Shown: positions 39,083-48,791 of the stretch, piece after piece
Layout: each line of letters opens with the position of its first letter
Position numbering within the stretch: the first letter of the stretch is position 1
From: Klebsiella phage phiKp_32
Length of the DNA: 64,000 bases
Sequence record: LC768500.1
Reading direction: 5' to 3' (one strand)
Translations under genes and position numbers: made by a program
The notes under the pieces: model-generated
Database searches by the model: none
The model's input: only the letters and a program-made list of their open reading frames with translations
What the model was told of the DNA's origin: nothing

Positions 39083-40783
39083 ATGAACGAAGAAAGTAAA
39101 ATCGCGATCGTTTCTCATGGGGAGGTTGTTGAGTTTGATCCTAACAGTGCTGACCATCGAAAGATTCTTGAGTCGGCAAATAGGAAACTTATAACGAACG
39201 AACTCTACCAGCGAGATTTAAAACGCTTTAAAGAGCTGGTTTTGTTTTATCAAAGTGCGGTTAGCAAAGAAACCGTCGATGATAAAATTGAGGAGTTCTT
39301 AAGGGCTACCGGGATAAGGTTGGACTATTCTGATCTGGCCATTTTTAACTACGGGTACCCGGACATAGATGGATACTTCGAAGCCCTCTATAACCGCGCA
39401 ATGGGTATTGAGTCAGCTGATGAGAATCCGATTGTTGGACTGAAGGAGAAGAGCTTGGACCCTCAACATTCATCAACCAACGCTGGCGGTGGGTTATTAT
39501 ACGACATTCTGCTCCGTAAATTTAACCGTTTTATGCAGAACGTAACAGCTGACCTTTTATTATTAGTGGACGTAAAATCGTTAACAAGGCAATGCCGGAT
39601 TGAGACAAACATCCTCAGAAAAATAGAGGGGTTTAATAAAGAAACAAATCTGGAACTGGATCGCGTCGGCATAGGTCGCTCAATCGATGAAAATTCTCAA
39701 ACCGAGTATTTTAATGTTCTTTTCGTAGACCTAATTAAACGATCAGAAGAATTCAGAATACAGACGATCCCTCTTTCGGAGAAAATTCGGTTTTATCAAT
39801 CAGACTGTGGTGAAATCAGGATTGGTGGAAGTGATAAACCTTCAACCATAATCTTATCGTTACTGGTTACCGATAAGGAAGGACGAGTGTGTTCGCGGAA
39901 TACCGGGGAGTTATTGCCTGGTGACAAACCACTGTCATGTTTTATCTGTAACGACTCGGCGGATAAAAAGGAATCAAGAAATGAGCAACCTACTGGAAGA
40001 TTAAGAACGCCCTCGCGTTATTGGTACGATCGTTTCGGCCACCCTCATCTTTTAGAGTCTGGTAAGCCAATGCACGTAAACTTTATTAAATGCGAACCGG
40101 GGTACGGTAAATATTTGGATCTGTCAGTCAATAAGGGTCCGATACCCTCCCCCGATCCTCGCGATGAAAGCGTAAGGGGTAAAGATACCGTTATTCAAAA
40201 CGGCATTTCAATTACCACTGGGAAAGTCAACATGCATGCGCTTGAGGCGGCATGTCGGACAATGGCTGAAAATATGAAAGCCATGCACCGCAAGCCCGTC
40301 TCTGATGAATTTCGCGATAAACTTTACGAGGCGCTGGCCGCCTTTTATCATCGACATCACTCTCTAGGAAATGCTTCAAGAGAGTTCCTGTACGGGGATG
40401 TTATTTGCATCGAACGGTTTAAGCGCGAGTTTGGAATTGTTTTCTCCGATAAGGACGTGGACGCGTTTCTTAACGGAGTTATGCCTATTCCTGAGTTACT
40501 CAGCAAATACGTTAGAGAACTCCGTCCCGGTGAAAAGAAAATCACAACTTACTCACAATACGCTTTAGCTCTAAACACAATAACCTCGTTATTGTGTTTG
40601 TTTCCTTCAAACGTAAGGACGAGAGAAGATATTGAACGTGCTAAAGCATTACACGTTCAATTCAATATTCGTTTTGACATTGATATGTCCGAAGAGGATT
40701 TCTTAGCGATTATCTATCGTCATGGCGCCCCCCGCCATTTTCTCAAAAAACACGCTACCACTGAAGCCACTAAAGGTGAATAA
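39083..40783 (+). CDS. Large hypothetical protein (566 aa)
   Basis: ATG after ttttaggaaacaaaatcATG; no recognisable motif. Confidence 0.55.
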   Translation: MNEESKIAIVSHGEVVEFDPNSADHRKILESANRKLITNELYQRDLKRFKELVLFYQSAVSKETVDDKIEEFLRATGIRLDYSDLAIFNYGYPDIDGYFEALYNRAMGIESADENPIVGLKEKSLDPQHSSTNAGGGLLYDILLRKFNRFMQNVTADLLLLVDVKSLTRQCRIETNILRKIEGFNKETNLELDRVGIGRSIDENSQTEYFNVLFVDLIKRSEEFRIQTIPLSEKIRFYQSDCGEIRIGGSDKPSTIILSLLVTDKEGRVCSRNTGELLPGDKPLSCFICNDSADKKESRNEQPTGRLRTPSRYWYDRFGHPHLLESGKPMHVNFIKCEPGYGKYLDLSVNKGPIPSPDPRDESVRGKDTVIQNGISITTGKVNMHALEAACRTMAENMKAMHRKPVSDEFRDKLYEALAAFYHRHHSLGNASREFLYGDVICIERFKREFGIVFSDKDVDAFLNGVMPIPELLSKYVRELRPGEKKITTYSQYALALNTITSLLCLFPSNVRTREDIERAKALHVQFNIRFDIDMSEEDFLAIIYRHGAPRHFLKKHATTEATKGE

Positions 40784-40960
40784 ATGCAACCACTGATCAG
40801 TCTTAAAGAGTTAGCCAAACTTCTGGGTATTTCCGTTAAAACCCTGAAAATTCGTATTAGCAAAGGTACTGTTCCCCAGCCTTTCGTTAGCGAGGGGAAA
40901 AATATGCGTTGGATGCGTTCTGACGTTGAACATCTCTTCTCTAAAGAAGAAGTCGTTTAA
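40784..40960 (+). CDS. AlpA-like small HTH DNA-binding protein (58 aa)
   Basis: Not in ORF track: MQPLISLKELAKLLGISVKTLKIRISKGTVPQPFVSEGKNMRWMRSDVEHLFSKEEVV; resembles AlpA-family pattern (L...ev..l.gis.stiyr....G.FP.p.k.g.r...W...ei..w). Confidence 0.55.
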   Translation: MQPLISLKELAKLLGISVKTLKIRISKGTVPQPFVSEGKNMRWMRSDVEHLFSKEEVV

Positions 40961-41033
40961 GTTGTAAATATTTACAGCCCTGTACTATTGTAATGGTCAA
41001 CCGACCGTAAACTTTAATTAAAGGAAAGAAATT

Positions 41034-41315
41034 ATGTCTAAAATCAAACTGACCGAAGAACAACTGGCCGCCCTGAATGGTTCGAAATCCTTCGTCGTTT
41101 CCGGCCTGGCTGCCGGCAAAGTCTCCCTCGCAACCGACGTGTCGGTCATCACCCTCGATCTCGATCCGGGTCAGCTGACCATCGGCCAAACCCTGAAGAT
41201 CAAATACGGCGCCCTCGTCACGGACAAAGCCCAGGAACAAAAGGCCGAAAAAGCCAAAGGTAAAAACAACCCGTCTCCGGAAATGGCGGCCAAACTTGCC
41301 GGCAGCGCCTGCTAA
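41034..41315 (+). CDS. Small hypothetical protein with high-expression-type codon usage
   Basis: ctg/ccg/ggc/atc-rich codons unlike neighbours; followed by a strong terminator. Confidence 0.5.
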   Translation: MSKIKLTEEQLAALNGSKSFVVSGLAAGKVSLATDVSVITLDLDPGQLTIGQTLKIKYGALVTDKAQEQKAEKAKGKNNPSPEMAAKLAGSAC

Positions 41316-41325
41316 GTTAAGGTAA

Positions 41326-41352
41326 AGTAGGAGGGGGTTTCCTCCTCCTACT
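41326..41352 (+). terminator. Hairpin gtaggaggggg tttcc tcctcctac + T-run
   Basis: GC-rich inverted repeat followed by tttatttttt. Confidence 0.7.
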
Positions 41353-41383
41353 CCCTCGTGTTTATTTTTTGGGAATTTAGTCG

Positions 41384-41947
41384 ATGACCATAAAGACTCT
41401 TTCCGGGAGATTATTTCTTAACCGAGACACATCTAATCTCAACAGTGTAAGCTGGTCGGTCAAGACCACCATAATTGACTACGAAACTAAAAAGAAAGAA
41501 AAGATTCACAACGAAATCTTTGATGCCAATATCAACATACGAAAGGGGAATACGTTATTAGTCATTCATACTAATAACGAGGGGATAGATAAAAATTTCG
41601 AATCCTTTTTAGCCAAACTCAGGCTGATGGATACCCACATCAGAGATTTCATTGAGAAGTGCGCGGTTAAACGCAGTAAAAAAGATACTGTAAAAACAGA
41701 GCGTTATTGGTTAAACGACATCGAAGGAATCGATAAAGTGTTTACAGGGTCGCTGGTAAAAACCTATGACCATTATAGTAATACGTTAGAGATCAGTTCG
41801 TGTGAACGCTCAGCGCGATGGTACGTTAATCGTTTTGGTAGTCAAGGCAAAGGTGAGATAGGCGAGCTCGTTATCTTACAGCGCGCTATAGACCGCCTAA
41901 TTAGAGATATCGGTATTGTTTTAAAAGAGGTTAAAAATGGGGCGTAA
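41384..41947 (+). CDS. Hypothetical protein
   Basis: 187-aa ORF. Confidence 0.5.
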   Translation: MTIKTLSGRLFLNRDTSNLNSVSWSVKTTIIDYETKKKEKIHNEIFDANINIRKGNTLLVIHTNNEGIDKNFESFLAKLRLMDTHIRDFIEKCAVKRSKKDTVKTERYWLNDIEGIDKVFTGSLVKTYDHYSNTLEISSCERSARWYVNRFGSQGKGEIGELVILQRAIDRLIRDIGIVLKEVKNGA

Positions 41948-42356
41948 GAGTCACGGGGAAGATTATACCGACGCAGAGCTTGATTTTATCGCAAGCGTAG
42001 CACACAGCGTGCAGTGCGGGATAGACTATGCCTTCGGTCTGCCGGAATTACATCAATGGGGGTTGATGGGGGATGGTTATAAAACCCAAATGAAAGCATC
42101 CGTCAGAGCCGTTCTGGTTCATGACAAATCACCAAAATCTCTCCATGGTAGTTGGCTTAGTCGGCTAACCCAAGAAGGTTGGGTTCATGGAGAAGTAAAG
42201 GATGCGGAAAAGAAAACCCATCCGTTATTAGTTCCATTCGACGAACTTCCTATCGAATGGAAACTTCGTCTTCGTCAATTCAGAGCCGCAGTCATTCCTT
42301 TTAGAAAAACCAAAAATACAGTGAGATCTAATCTCATTACCTTTTCAACAAAATAA
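41937..42356 (+). CDS. Hypothetical protein
   Basis: 139-aa ORF overlapping the upstream gene end. Confidence 0.45.
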   Translation: MGRKSHGEDYTDAELDFIASVAHSVQCGIDYAFGLPELHQWGLMGDGYKTQMKASVRAVLVHDKSPKSLHGSWLSRLTQEGWVHGEVKDAEKKTHPLLVPFDELPIEWKLRLRQFRAAVIPFRKTKNTVRSNLITFSTK

Positions 42357-42380
42357 CCTCACTAATTTAGGGCTACGATT

Positions 42381-43124
42381 ATGAGCGAGAACATTCCTTA
42401 CGTTTACCTTCCTTCCGACATCAAACACGATTCCGGCGTTGTTTTGAATCGCGATAAGATCAACCGTTCGAAAACGATCATTAAAACGTTGGGGGTCAAA
42501 ATAAAAGACCACAACAACACCGTAAAGATGTTTGACAAAGCGATGTCCGGCGAGCTTTATCAAACCAAGGAGGGGAGAAAATACCGTTCGGTAACCTTCA
42601 AGTTACACGCCAAGCGAAAGAAGGAACTTCTGGAAGCGCTTAAAGCGGAAGAAAAGGTATTGCGTGCGATGAAAGAATTCGGCGTGATTCTTCAACAGAA
42701 TATTTACGATGCTCAGTCGATGAGTTTCTCTCCTTTCTCTTTAAAAGATTTTCTCGACTCTAAAGCACTCGGCAGTATTCCGGGTAAATCTGAATTACGG
42801 GATCTTCGTCAGTCGTTAACCAAATTAATTGAAGCGGATCCTGATGCGGTTATCTGGATTGCAAAAAGAAATCTGGACGGGGTTCCGGTCGCTTTTATCG
42901 CCGGCCGAGATCAAGGCGATAATGTGTTCGACATGCTTGTTTTCTATTCGCACACTGAGGATAAAGACCGGCATAATGAGGTAATGAAATACCTCATTAA
43001 ACGTCTAAAATCGATAGGCGTCGCTCCTATCAGTCTGATCTCTATTTCTCCTGAATTTAGTGCGGTGGGTCACGCAATGGAGAAAATGGGTGGGCGCATG
43101 GCTTCGGCACAATTTGACTTTTAA
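42381..43124 (+). CDS. Hypothetical protein (C-terminal part possibly acyltransferase-like)
   Basis: 247-aa ORF; RBS atttagggctacgattATG; weak GNAT-like resemblance only. Confidence 0.45.
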   Translation: MSENIPYVYLPSDIKHDSGVVLNRDKINRSKTIIKTLGVKIKDHNNTVKMFDKAMSGELYQTKEGRKYRSVTFKLHAKRKKELLEALKAEEKVLRAMKEFGVILQQNIYDAQSMSFSPFSLKDFLDSKALGSIPGKSELRDLRQSLTKLIEADPDAVIWIAKRNLDGVPVAFIAGRDQGDNVFDMLVFYSHTEDKDRHNEVMKYLIKRLKSIGVAPISLISISPEFSAVGHAMEKMGGRMASAQFDF

Positions 43125-43136
43125 GGGTGATTAAAC

Positions 43137-43811
43137 ATGGGTGTAAATTCTAGAACGATGTCGCTTTCTTACTACAAGACCAAAACGACAGATGAAAAAG
43201 ACGAGTTTCCTATTGACTCCGATATCAATACTGTCATCTTTGATTTCGAAACCGCTTCGCTTGGCATTAATCCAGCGATCCTCAGTATGGGCGCGTTTGC
43301 TTTCGATCGGTTTAGTTTAGAAACCACACAACGTCGAATGAAGAATCCTCAGGATAAGGATACGTTTTATCGTAATCTTAATCTAAAGGAATCGTTCTTC
43401 TTGGGTTTCGACATCTCCAAAGAAACCGGAGAATGGCATTACAAAAAGAACGGAACTAACCTCGGTAAGATGTTAGAAAATGAGGTTTCTCCCTACGCGG
43501 CCTTACGGGAATTCAAACGCTTCATCATGTCTTATCGCCGTAAGACCGAGGACATGGTTATTCTGATTCGTCGCACTCACGCAGATTACATTTGGTTAGA
43601 GAATCTGTGTAAGCGATTGGATACAGAGATGTTCCTCAGGCACAACGACGTGATTGACATCCCAAGCATCGTGTTTGCTAAAACAGGTGACGTCAAAGGG
43701 CATTACACCCTAGAGGAAAGTTTGTTTGAGGACCTTGTAAGTCATCATGCGCTGACCGATTGTTATTTAGACGCGCTTCGCATTTGTTCGCTGTACCAAG
43801 AAACGAAGTAA
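43137..43811 (+). CDS. DEDDh 3'-5' exonuclease (DnaQ/DexA-like)
   Basis: Exo I VIFDFETASLG, Exo III HHALTDCYLDALRI. Confidence 0.55.
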   Translation: MGVNSRTMSLSYYKTKTTDEKDEFPIDSDINTVIFDFETASLGINPAILSMGAFAFDRFSLETTQRRMKNPQDKDTFYRNLNLKESFFLGFDISKETGEWHYKKNGTNLGKMLENEVSPYAALREFKRFIMSYRRKTEDMVILIRRTHADYIWLENLCKRLDTEMFLRHNDVIDIPSIVFAKTGDVKGHYTLEESLFEDLVSHHALTDCYLDALRICSLYQETK

Positions 43812-43816
43812 AAACG

Positions 43817-43838
43817 TAGAGGGGTTAACGCCCCTCTC
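43817..43838 (+). terminator. Hairpin agagggg ttaacg cccctct + T-run
   Basis: Inverted repeat followed by cttattttgtcttttt. Confidence 0.65.
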
Positions 43839-43928
43839 TTATTTTGTCTTTTTAGGAATTAACATCATGAGCGATAGGTACGAATGGAGTGACGTCTATA
43901 ACAAACTTCAGAAACTGGGGAAAGTATA

Positions 43929-44366
43929 ATGAGCTTACGCGCTTTGTATTGTGGTGGTGTTATTAAAAACGGGATAGTTGCTTGGGGTAATCACATTCCG
44001 GTTACGCATCGAGAAACTTTCCTTAAATTCAAATTTCAACTGAAAGGATGTAAATCGGCTGGGTTCTTAGGGGACGAAGAAGGGTATTTGAAGATCTACG
44101 GTAAGAGCATCAGTCTCAACATAGAGGCTAACGATTTTACCAATAAGCGGATCAGAGCCGGACAAGATAATTACCGGTTCTTCCGTTGCATGGTAACCGT
44201 TGGCAACTACGAGTTCCCGTTATTATTTTGCGGGACTTACGAACCTGAGTTCTTTGAGTTGCGTAAGGAGATCACCAGAGACGAGCTTGGTTACGCGTTA
44301 AGTCAGCTCGAACAATTGGGCTGCAATTATGTCAGCAACGGGCGTCGTACCGTTGACTGGCTCTAA
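43929..44366 (+). CDS. Hypothetical protein
   Basis: 145-aa ORF. A 20-codon mini-ORF (43868-43930) lies between the RBS module and this start. Confidence 0.45.
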   Translation: MSLRALYCGGVIKNGIVAWGNHIPVTHRETFLKFKFQLKGCKSAGFLGDEEGYLKIYGKSISLNIEANDFTNKRIRAGQDNYRFFRCMVTVGNYEFPLLFCGTYEPEFFELRKEITRDELGYALSQLEQLGCNYVSNGRRTVDWL

Positions 44367-44390
44367 TAACCATTTGTTTTAGGATATTCC

Positions 44391-45458
44391 ATGAATAATA
44401 AAAATCAGTTAGATCAAGCCATTGAGTACGTCGCCAATCATACTGCCGGAAGTGCGAACGGATTTCCGGAAAATTATTTTTGTGCTTTGTTAAATAAATC
44501 GGTGTCGGATATCAACCGCAGTACTCTCACCGTTAAAACAAAGACCGAATACGGGTATAAGGAGAATTATTTCGAAATCGTTTCTGTTATCGCCCACCAT
44601 CTTCCGTCAGAAATTTGTCTGCATCCTTTAGGGTTCGATTATGGTGTATTAGCATGTAAAGACTCTTTGGCGGTGGGGTACTTTAATTTTGATTACGGCA
44701 CCGGGTCATCTAAAATTTATTTGTTAGGTGATTCTAATTTTATCTCAAGTATTTCGGAAGTCATCAATCGTGTTTGTGATACCACTAAAGCTAGTGTGGT
44801 GACTGTGTTTGAAAACAGTTATAATGATGATATTATTCCGGCTATTAAACCTCTTTACTTGTCGGAAGGTCCGGACTACGATATTTTCTATCCCTACTTC
44901 GCTAAGACTATAAAAGAAACCTATGACGAGTTCATGGGCTCCAGTGCTAACGTTATGTTACTAATAGGACCTCCTGGTACCGGGAAATCGAATTACCTGG
45001 AGAAAACTATCAGACATACTAATTTTGAAAATAGAGTAGTCAAAATTGATGAGGCGGGAATTCTCCAGAACAAAAATCTGATTAAACGATTGCGCGATCT
45101 TCCAAGGGGATCTAAGGTTTTTGTCGAGGACGCCGATCTCTTTATTTCTAAACGTACCGACGGTAATCAGCAAATGTCAGGACTACTTAATGCGGTGAAC
45201 GGGATAGGTCGGTCAGATCTAAAAATATGGATCAGCACCAATCTGCCTGATGTTCGCAGTGTGGACAGAGCGCTCATTAGACCAGGACGACTGTTTGATA
45301 TCAGGGAGTTCAGATTGCTTACCATACCAGAAATCACAGAAATCAGAAAAAGTATGGGTCTTCCAGAGATTGACTTCGGATCAGAGGAGGCATTAACCTT
45401 AGCAGAAGCTATTAACGGAAAGATTCAATCTAGAGTTAACGACTCTTGGCTCAATTAA
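44391..45458 (+). CDS. Classic AAA+ ATPase with unknown N-terminal domain
   Basis: Walker A LLIGPPGTGKSN, Walker B VFVEDADLF, second region of homology ALIRPGRLFD. Confidence 0.75.
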   Translation: MNNKNQLDQAIEYVANHTAGSANGFPENYFCALLNKSVSDINRSTLTVKTKTEYGYKENYFEIVSVIAHHLPSEICLHPLGFDYGVLACKDSLAVGYFNFDYGTGSSKIYLLGDSNFISSISEVINRVCDTTKASVVTVFENSYNDDIIPAIKPLYLSEGPDYDIFYPYFAKTIKETYDEFMGSSANVMLLIGPPGTGKSNYLEKTIRHTNFENRVVKIDEAGILQNKNLIKRLRDLPRGSKVFVEDADLFISKRTDGNQQMSGLLNAVNGIGRSDLKIWISTNLPDVRSVDRALIRPGRLFDIREFRLLTIPEITEIRKSMGLPEIDFGSEEALTLAEAINGKIQSRVNDSWLN

Positions 45459-45485
45459 CCCCAATTGATTTTAGGAACAGCATCC

Positions 45486-46040
45486 ATGATTTTACAATCA
45501 GTCACCGTCGGTGGGAAGAGAACCTCGATAGAAATAGAAGAAGGTCTAGTCAACGTTTGGTTATTAGCTAAACACGACGTCTTCTTACAAAACCTGGAGC
45601 CTAAGGTTTGCCATGCGTTGATTAAAGAACATATCGAACGCAATATTACCCGTCGACCCGACATTCCTTTAACAGCCCAAGTACGCGAGCTGATGTACCG
45701 TGATATTACCATTAAGCTCAACGGTAAACCAAACTCGGTCATTCCCGTAATTAAAGTAAGACCGAGTAAAACCAGAAACCAGCTGAACCGAATCGTCAAA
45801 GAGTACTTCACGGTAAACAGCATGGAGTTCGATAAGAAACTCACTGTTGGGGAAATGCGTAAATTGGAGAAATACCTCCTTTCATTTTACAAAGAACCCG
45901 TGCAGATTCACAAGAAAGAATTCCCTAATGGGGTTTATAAACTCATCGGCGTGGAATACGAAAATGAGCGGTTTGAAATAACCTTCTCTGACGATTTCTT
46001 CTTCGCTTTATATAAGGGTCCAGAATACCATGTTCAATAA
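45486..46040 (+). CDS. Hypothetical protein
   Basis: ATG after ttttaggaacagcatccATG; the ORF-track start at 45465 is TTG. Confidence 0.5.
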   Translation: MILQSVTVGGKRTSIEIEEGLVNVWLLAKHDVFLQNLEPKVCHALIKEHIERNITRRPDIPLTAQVRELMYRDITIKLNGKPNSVIPVIKVRPSKTRNQLNRIVKEYFTVNSMEFDKKLTVGEMRKLEKYLLSFYKEPVQIHKKEFPNGVYKLIGVEYENERFEITFSDDFFFALYKGPEYHVQ

Positions 46041-46449
46041 TGTCATTTTATTTGTCTATGACGACAGTGAGCTCGCTACCCAGTACACCGTGGCTAATAA
46101 AGCTGGAACAAGAAGATTAACAACCCCGGGTCACAGTGTTCTCTTATCTGACGTCAAAGACAGGGTGGGGAAAAGCAGTTTCCATAACAGCATTGTGGTA
46201 TTTGTACGAGGAGGGGCTTTCTTTGTTTTCATGTGCGGGTCCGTTCTATACGGATTGGTGGGTGATCTCGATCACCTTCTGGATCACTTGTTGAAGATCA
46301 GGGACGAACTCAATACTCGGGCAGACATACGCAATCGGACAATACTGCATATCTCCGAGGCAGGATTCGGGCGGTACGACATCATTCCGACCATCGATCC
46401 CGTCGCGCACAAGGCATTGGCTGATTACCAAAATAATAAATTATTCTAA
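46030..46449 (+). CDS. Hypothetical protein
   Basis: 139-aa ORF overlapping the upstream stop. Confidence 0.45.
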   Translation: MFNNVILFVYDDSELATQYTVANKAGTRRLTTPGHSVLLSDVKDRVGKSSFHNSIVVFVRGGAFFVFMCGSVLYGLVGDLDHLLDHLLKIRDELNTRADIRNRTILHISEAGFGRYDIIPTIDPVAHKALADYQNNKLF

Positions 46450-46453
46450 CCGT

Positions 46454-46493
46454 TACTGGAGTGGGGGATCCCCCACTCCAGTAAGTTTTTTTT
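46454..46493 (+). terminator. Hairpin ttactggagtggggga tcccccactccagtaa + T8
   Basis: 15-bp perfect inverted repeat followed by tttttttt. Confidence 0.75.
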
Positions 46494-46559
46494 ATATTAT
46501 TTTAAAACTATATTACCTAAACGTATAGACAACTTCTTTTATTTAACTGGAGTAGTAAA

Positions 46560-46808
46560 ATGATTTATTTCGATTTAGATTTTTTACTCGGGTCAAAAAT
46601 CACGAAAGAAGAATTTAAGGAGCTATTTCCGGATGCAGATCCGGACCATCTATCCTGTTCCTCTACCGAGGAGGAAATTGATTTCGAAAATGCTTTTTGT
46701 GCGGAAGATCCTTATGATTCGGAAATCCTTCACCGATCCGTACCCATAATCGAAGGATCAAAATCAGATTTAATTTCGTCATACAAATTAGCGGAGGATG
46801 AGATATGA
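46560..46808 (+). CDS. Small acidic protein
   Basis: 82 aa, D/E-rich; ATGA overlap with the downstream gene. Confidence 0.45.
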   Translation: MIYFDLDFLLGSKITKEEFKELFPDADPDHLSCSSTEEEIDFENAFCAEDPYDSEILHRSVPIIEGSKSDLISSYKLAEDEI

Positions 46809-47797
46809 TTATTGCTTTAAAAACGTTTGTTGGCAGTAAACTGTTTGGATTAGAAACAGAGAATTCGGATACGGATATAAAGGGAATTTATATTCCTTCT
46901 GCTAAGGATATTCTTCTGCATCGTTATTACCCTGTGATCGATAAATCTTCTAATAAGGGGACTTATCGAGCCAACAAGCCGGAAGATACAGATGAAGTCT
47001 ATTTCTCTTTGGACAAATTTATCGATCTTCTCATAAAAGCCGATACAACGGCTTTCGATATGCTGCACGCACCAGAAAGCAAAATCCTCATCTCCACTGA
47101 CATTCATCACGAGCTTTGGAGAAACCGGTCCAAATTTTACACCAGCCGATTGGATGGTCTGTTCGGCCAGGTTATTACCGAAGCGAATACTTACGGTGTT
47201 CGGAGTATGCGAGCTGCCGTTTTAAAAGAGGTCGTTGAAATCGTTTCTTCGTGGGATGATTTTAAATTGTCGGGCTGCAGATTGGGTGGACTAATTTCTC
47301 AGCTCCCAGTAGATAACGTGTACACGCGTATAACGCGGGATGAGACACAGAGGGCCGGCTGTCAGGATTTCTATGAAATTCTAGATCGTAAATTTCAGTA
47401 CACCATCTCGGCTTTGAAATTCAAAACCGCTATTCTGGAATTATGGTCTTCCTACGGAGAAAGGGTTAAGAAGGTGGAGTTATCTGGGGGTAATGATTGG
47501 AAGGCGTTAAGCCATGCTTTCAGAATCGGATATCAGCTGTTAGATATCTATCGAGAGGGCGATTACACCTTCCCTTTAAAGCAAAGCTCTACGATTATGA
47601 AAATTAAACTCGGGGAGGTTTCAGAAGAAGAATCAAGAGAAATGCTGAATCAACTCATTTCCGATGTTAAAACTGCAGCAGGTAAATCCGGACTTCCTAC
47701 TGAAATCGATCCAGAGCCATGGTACGATTGGGTTGCGGACGTTTACGCCGGAGTGGTAAAGAAAGCTTATTTACCTAAAGGATTCAGACTATCCTGA
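46805..47797 (+). CDS. Pol-beta-superfamily nucleotidyltransferase with helical C-terminal domain
   Basis: hG[GS]-x10-DhDh signature: FVGSKLFGLETENSDTDIKGIY; third acidic region DEVYFSLDKF. Confidence 0.55.
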   Translation: MIIALKTFVGSKLFGLETENSDTDIKGIYIPSAKDILLHRYYPVIDKSSNKGTYRANKPEDTDEVYFSLDKFIDLLIKADTTAFDMLHAPESKILISTDIHHELWRNRSKFYTSRLDGLFGQVITEANTYGVRSMRAAVLKEVVEIVSSWDDFKLSGCRLGGLISQLPVDNVYTRITRDETQRAGCQDFYEILDRKFQYTISALKFKTAILELWSSYGERVKKVELSGGNDWKALSHAFRIGYQLLDIYREGDYTFPLKQSSTIMKIKLGEVSEEESREMLNQLISDVKTAAGKSGLPTEIDPEPWYDWVADVYAGVVKKAYLPKGFRLS

Positions 47798-47872
47798 CAT
47801 CAGCGATGTTTTTAGGAAACTGTTTTTCTGTAGGTGATTTATTCCCTCTTCCTCTTAATCAGGATCTTTAAA

Positions 47873-48139
47873 ATGAAATATTTCTTAGGGTTGTTAGTTT
47901 TGTGTTGCGGTTTGTCTTATGCAAAAAACACTACGGTAAACGGGAGTTGTGTTGCGATGGATCATTACGAAAAGACGGTCTATCAGTGCAGCGATGGAAC
48001 GGTAACCGTCATGGACCACGACAACGCGACCATTTGTCGTCCCAATGATTCTGCTGTAACTGGTGGCGCACAACGCTGCTACCGGGTGGATTTAAAAACT
48101 GGGGAAGCGCATGAAATAGAAAAAGGGGTTAAGAAATGA
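47873..48139 (+). CDS. Small secreted cysteine-containing protein with signal peptide
   Basis: MKYFLGLLVLCCGLSYA|KNT; ATG after aggatctttaaaATG. Confidence 0.5.
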   Translation: MKYFLGLLVLCCGLSYAKNTTVNGSCVAMDHYEKTVYQCSDGTVTVMDHDNATICRPNDSAVTGGAQRCYRVDLKTGEAHEIEKGVKK

Positions 48140-48348
48140 CCGATTTCTTTTTCGCTCCGGTTTCTAAGGGATGGTTTATCGTTCAGGTCATGTGCACGGT
48201 TTACGTTTTGCTAAAATGCGTAACGTCCTATATCGAATACTGCAAGAACCCGAATAAAACTGATCTGATCATTTATTGGATTCAGGCGGGACTCGGGATA
48301 ATTGTGACAACAAAAACGATTTGTTTCTTGGCGGCTGGGAGTTTCTAA
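48136..48348 (+). CDS. Small membrane protein
   Basis: Two hydrophobic segments; start overlaps the upstream stop. Confidence 0.45.
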   Translation: MTDFFFAPVSKGWFIVQVMCTVYVLLKCVTSYIEYCKNPNKTDLIIYWIQAGLGIIVTTKTICFLAAGSF

Positions 48349-48424
48349 ATGAAAAGCGTTCCCAATCGACCAGGGATAAACTCAGACGCTTGAAAATCCA
48401 CAGTGCCCTGGAGGTTCCTTTGGT

Positions 48425-48763
48425 ATGGAACATGAATTAAAAATAGCTTTAGCAAGTTACGGAAGATTAACTATATTAAACCCACTCAGGGGGATCATAG
48501 GCCATTTTGTCCCAAGATTAATAGTAGAGTGGTCAGTAGAAGAAAGAACGCTCAGATTCCGTCCTAGCGGCACTGAGGGGAATAAGTATTATAAAGGGTT
48601 TATTAAGTTAAGTCCTACCGCATGTGTCCATTTAATAGCGCCTATTCTTAGAAAAGCAGAATACGGTAAAAAGATGGATAATCCAGATATCGTTGAAGTT
48701 CTTGGACATACTGTTACCATCAAAGTCAAAGAACAAGACGGCTGGTATTGCGCACAATTTTAA
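48425..48763 (+). CDS. Hypothetical protein
   Basis: 112-aa ORF. Confidence 0.45.
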   Translation: MEHELKIALASYGRLTILNPLRGIIGHFVPRLIVEWSVEERTLRFRPSGTEGNKYYKGFIKLSPTACVHLIAPILRKAEYGKKMDNPDIVEVLGHTVTIKVKEQDGWYCAQF

Positions 48764-48791
48764 CTCGAGTATCAATTTAGGAAAAAATATC

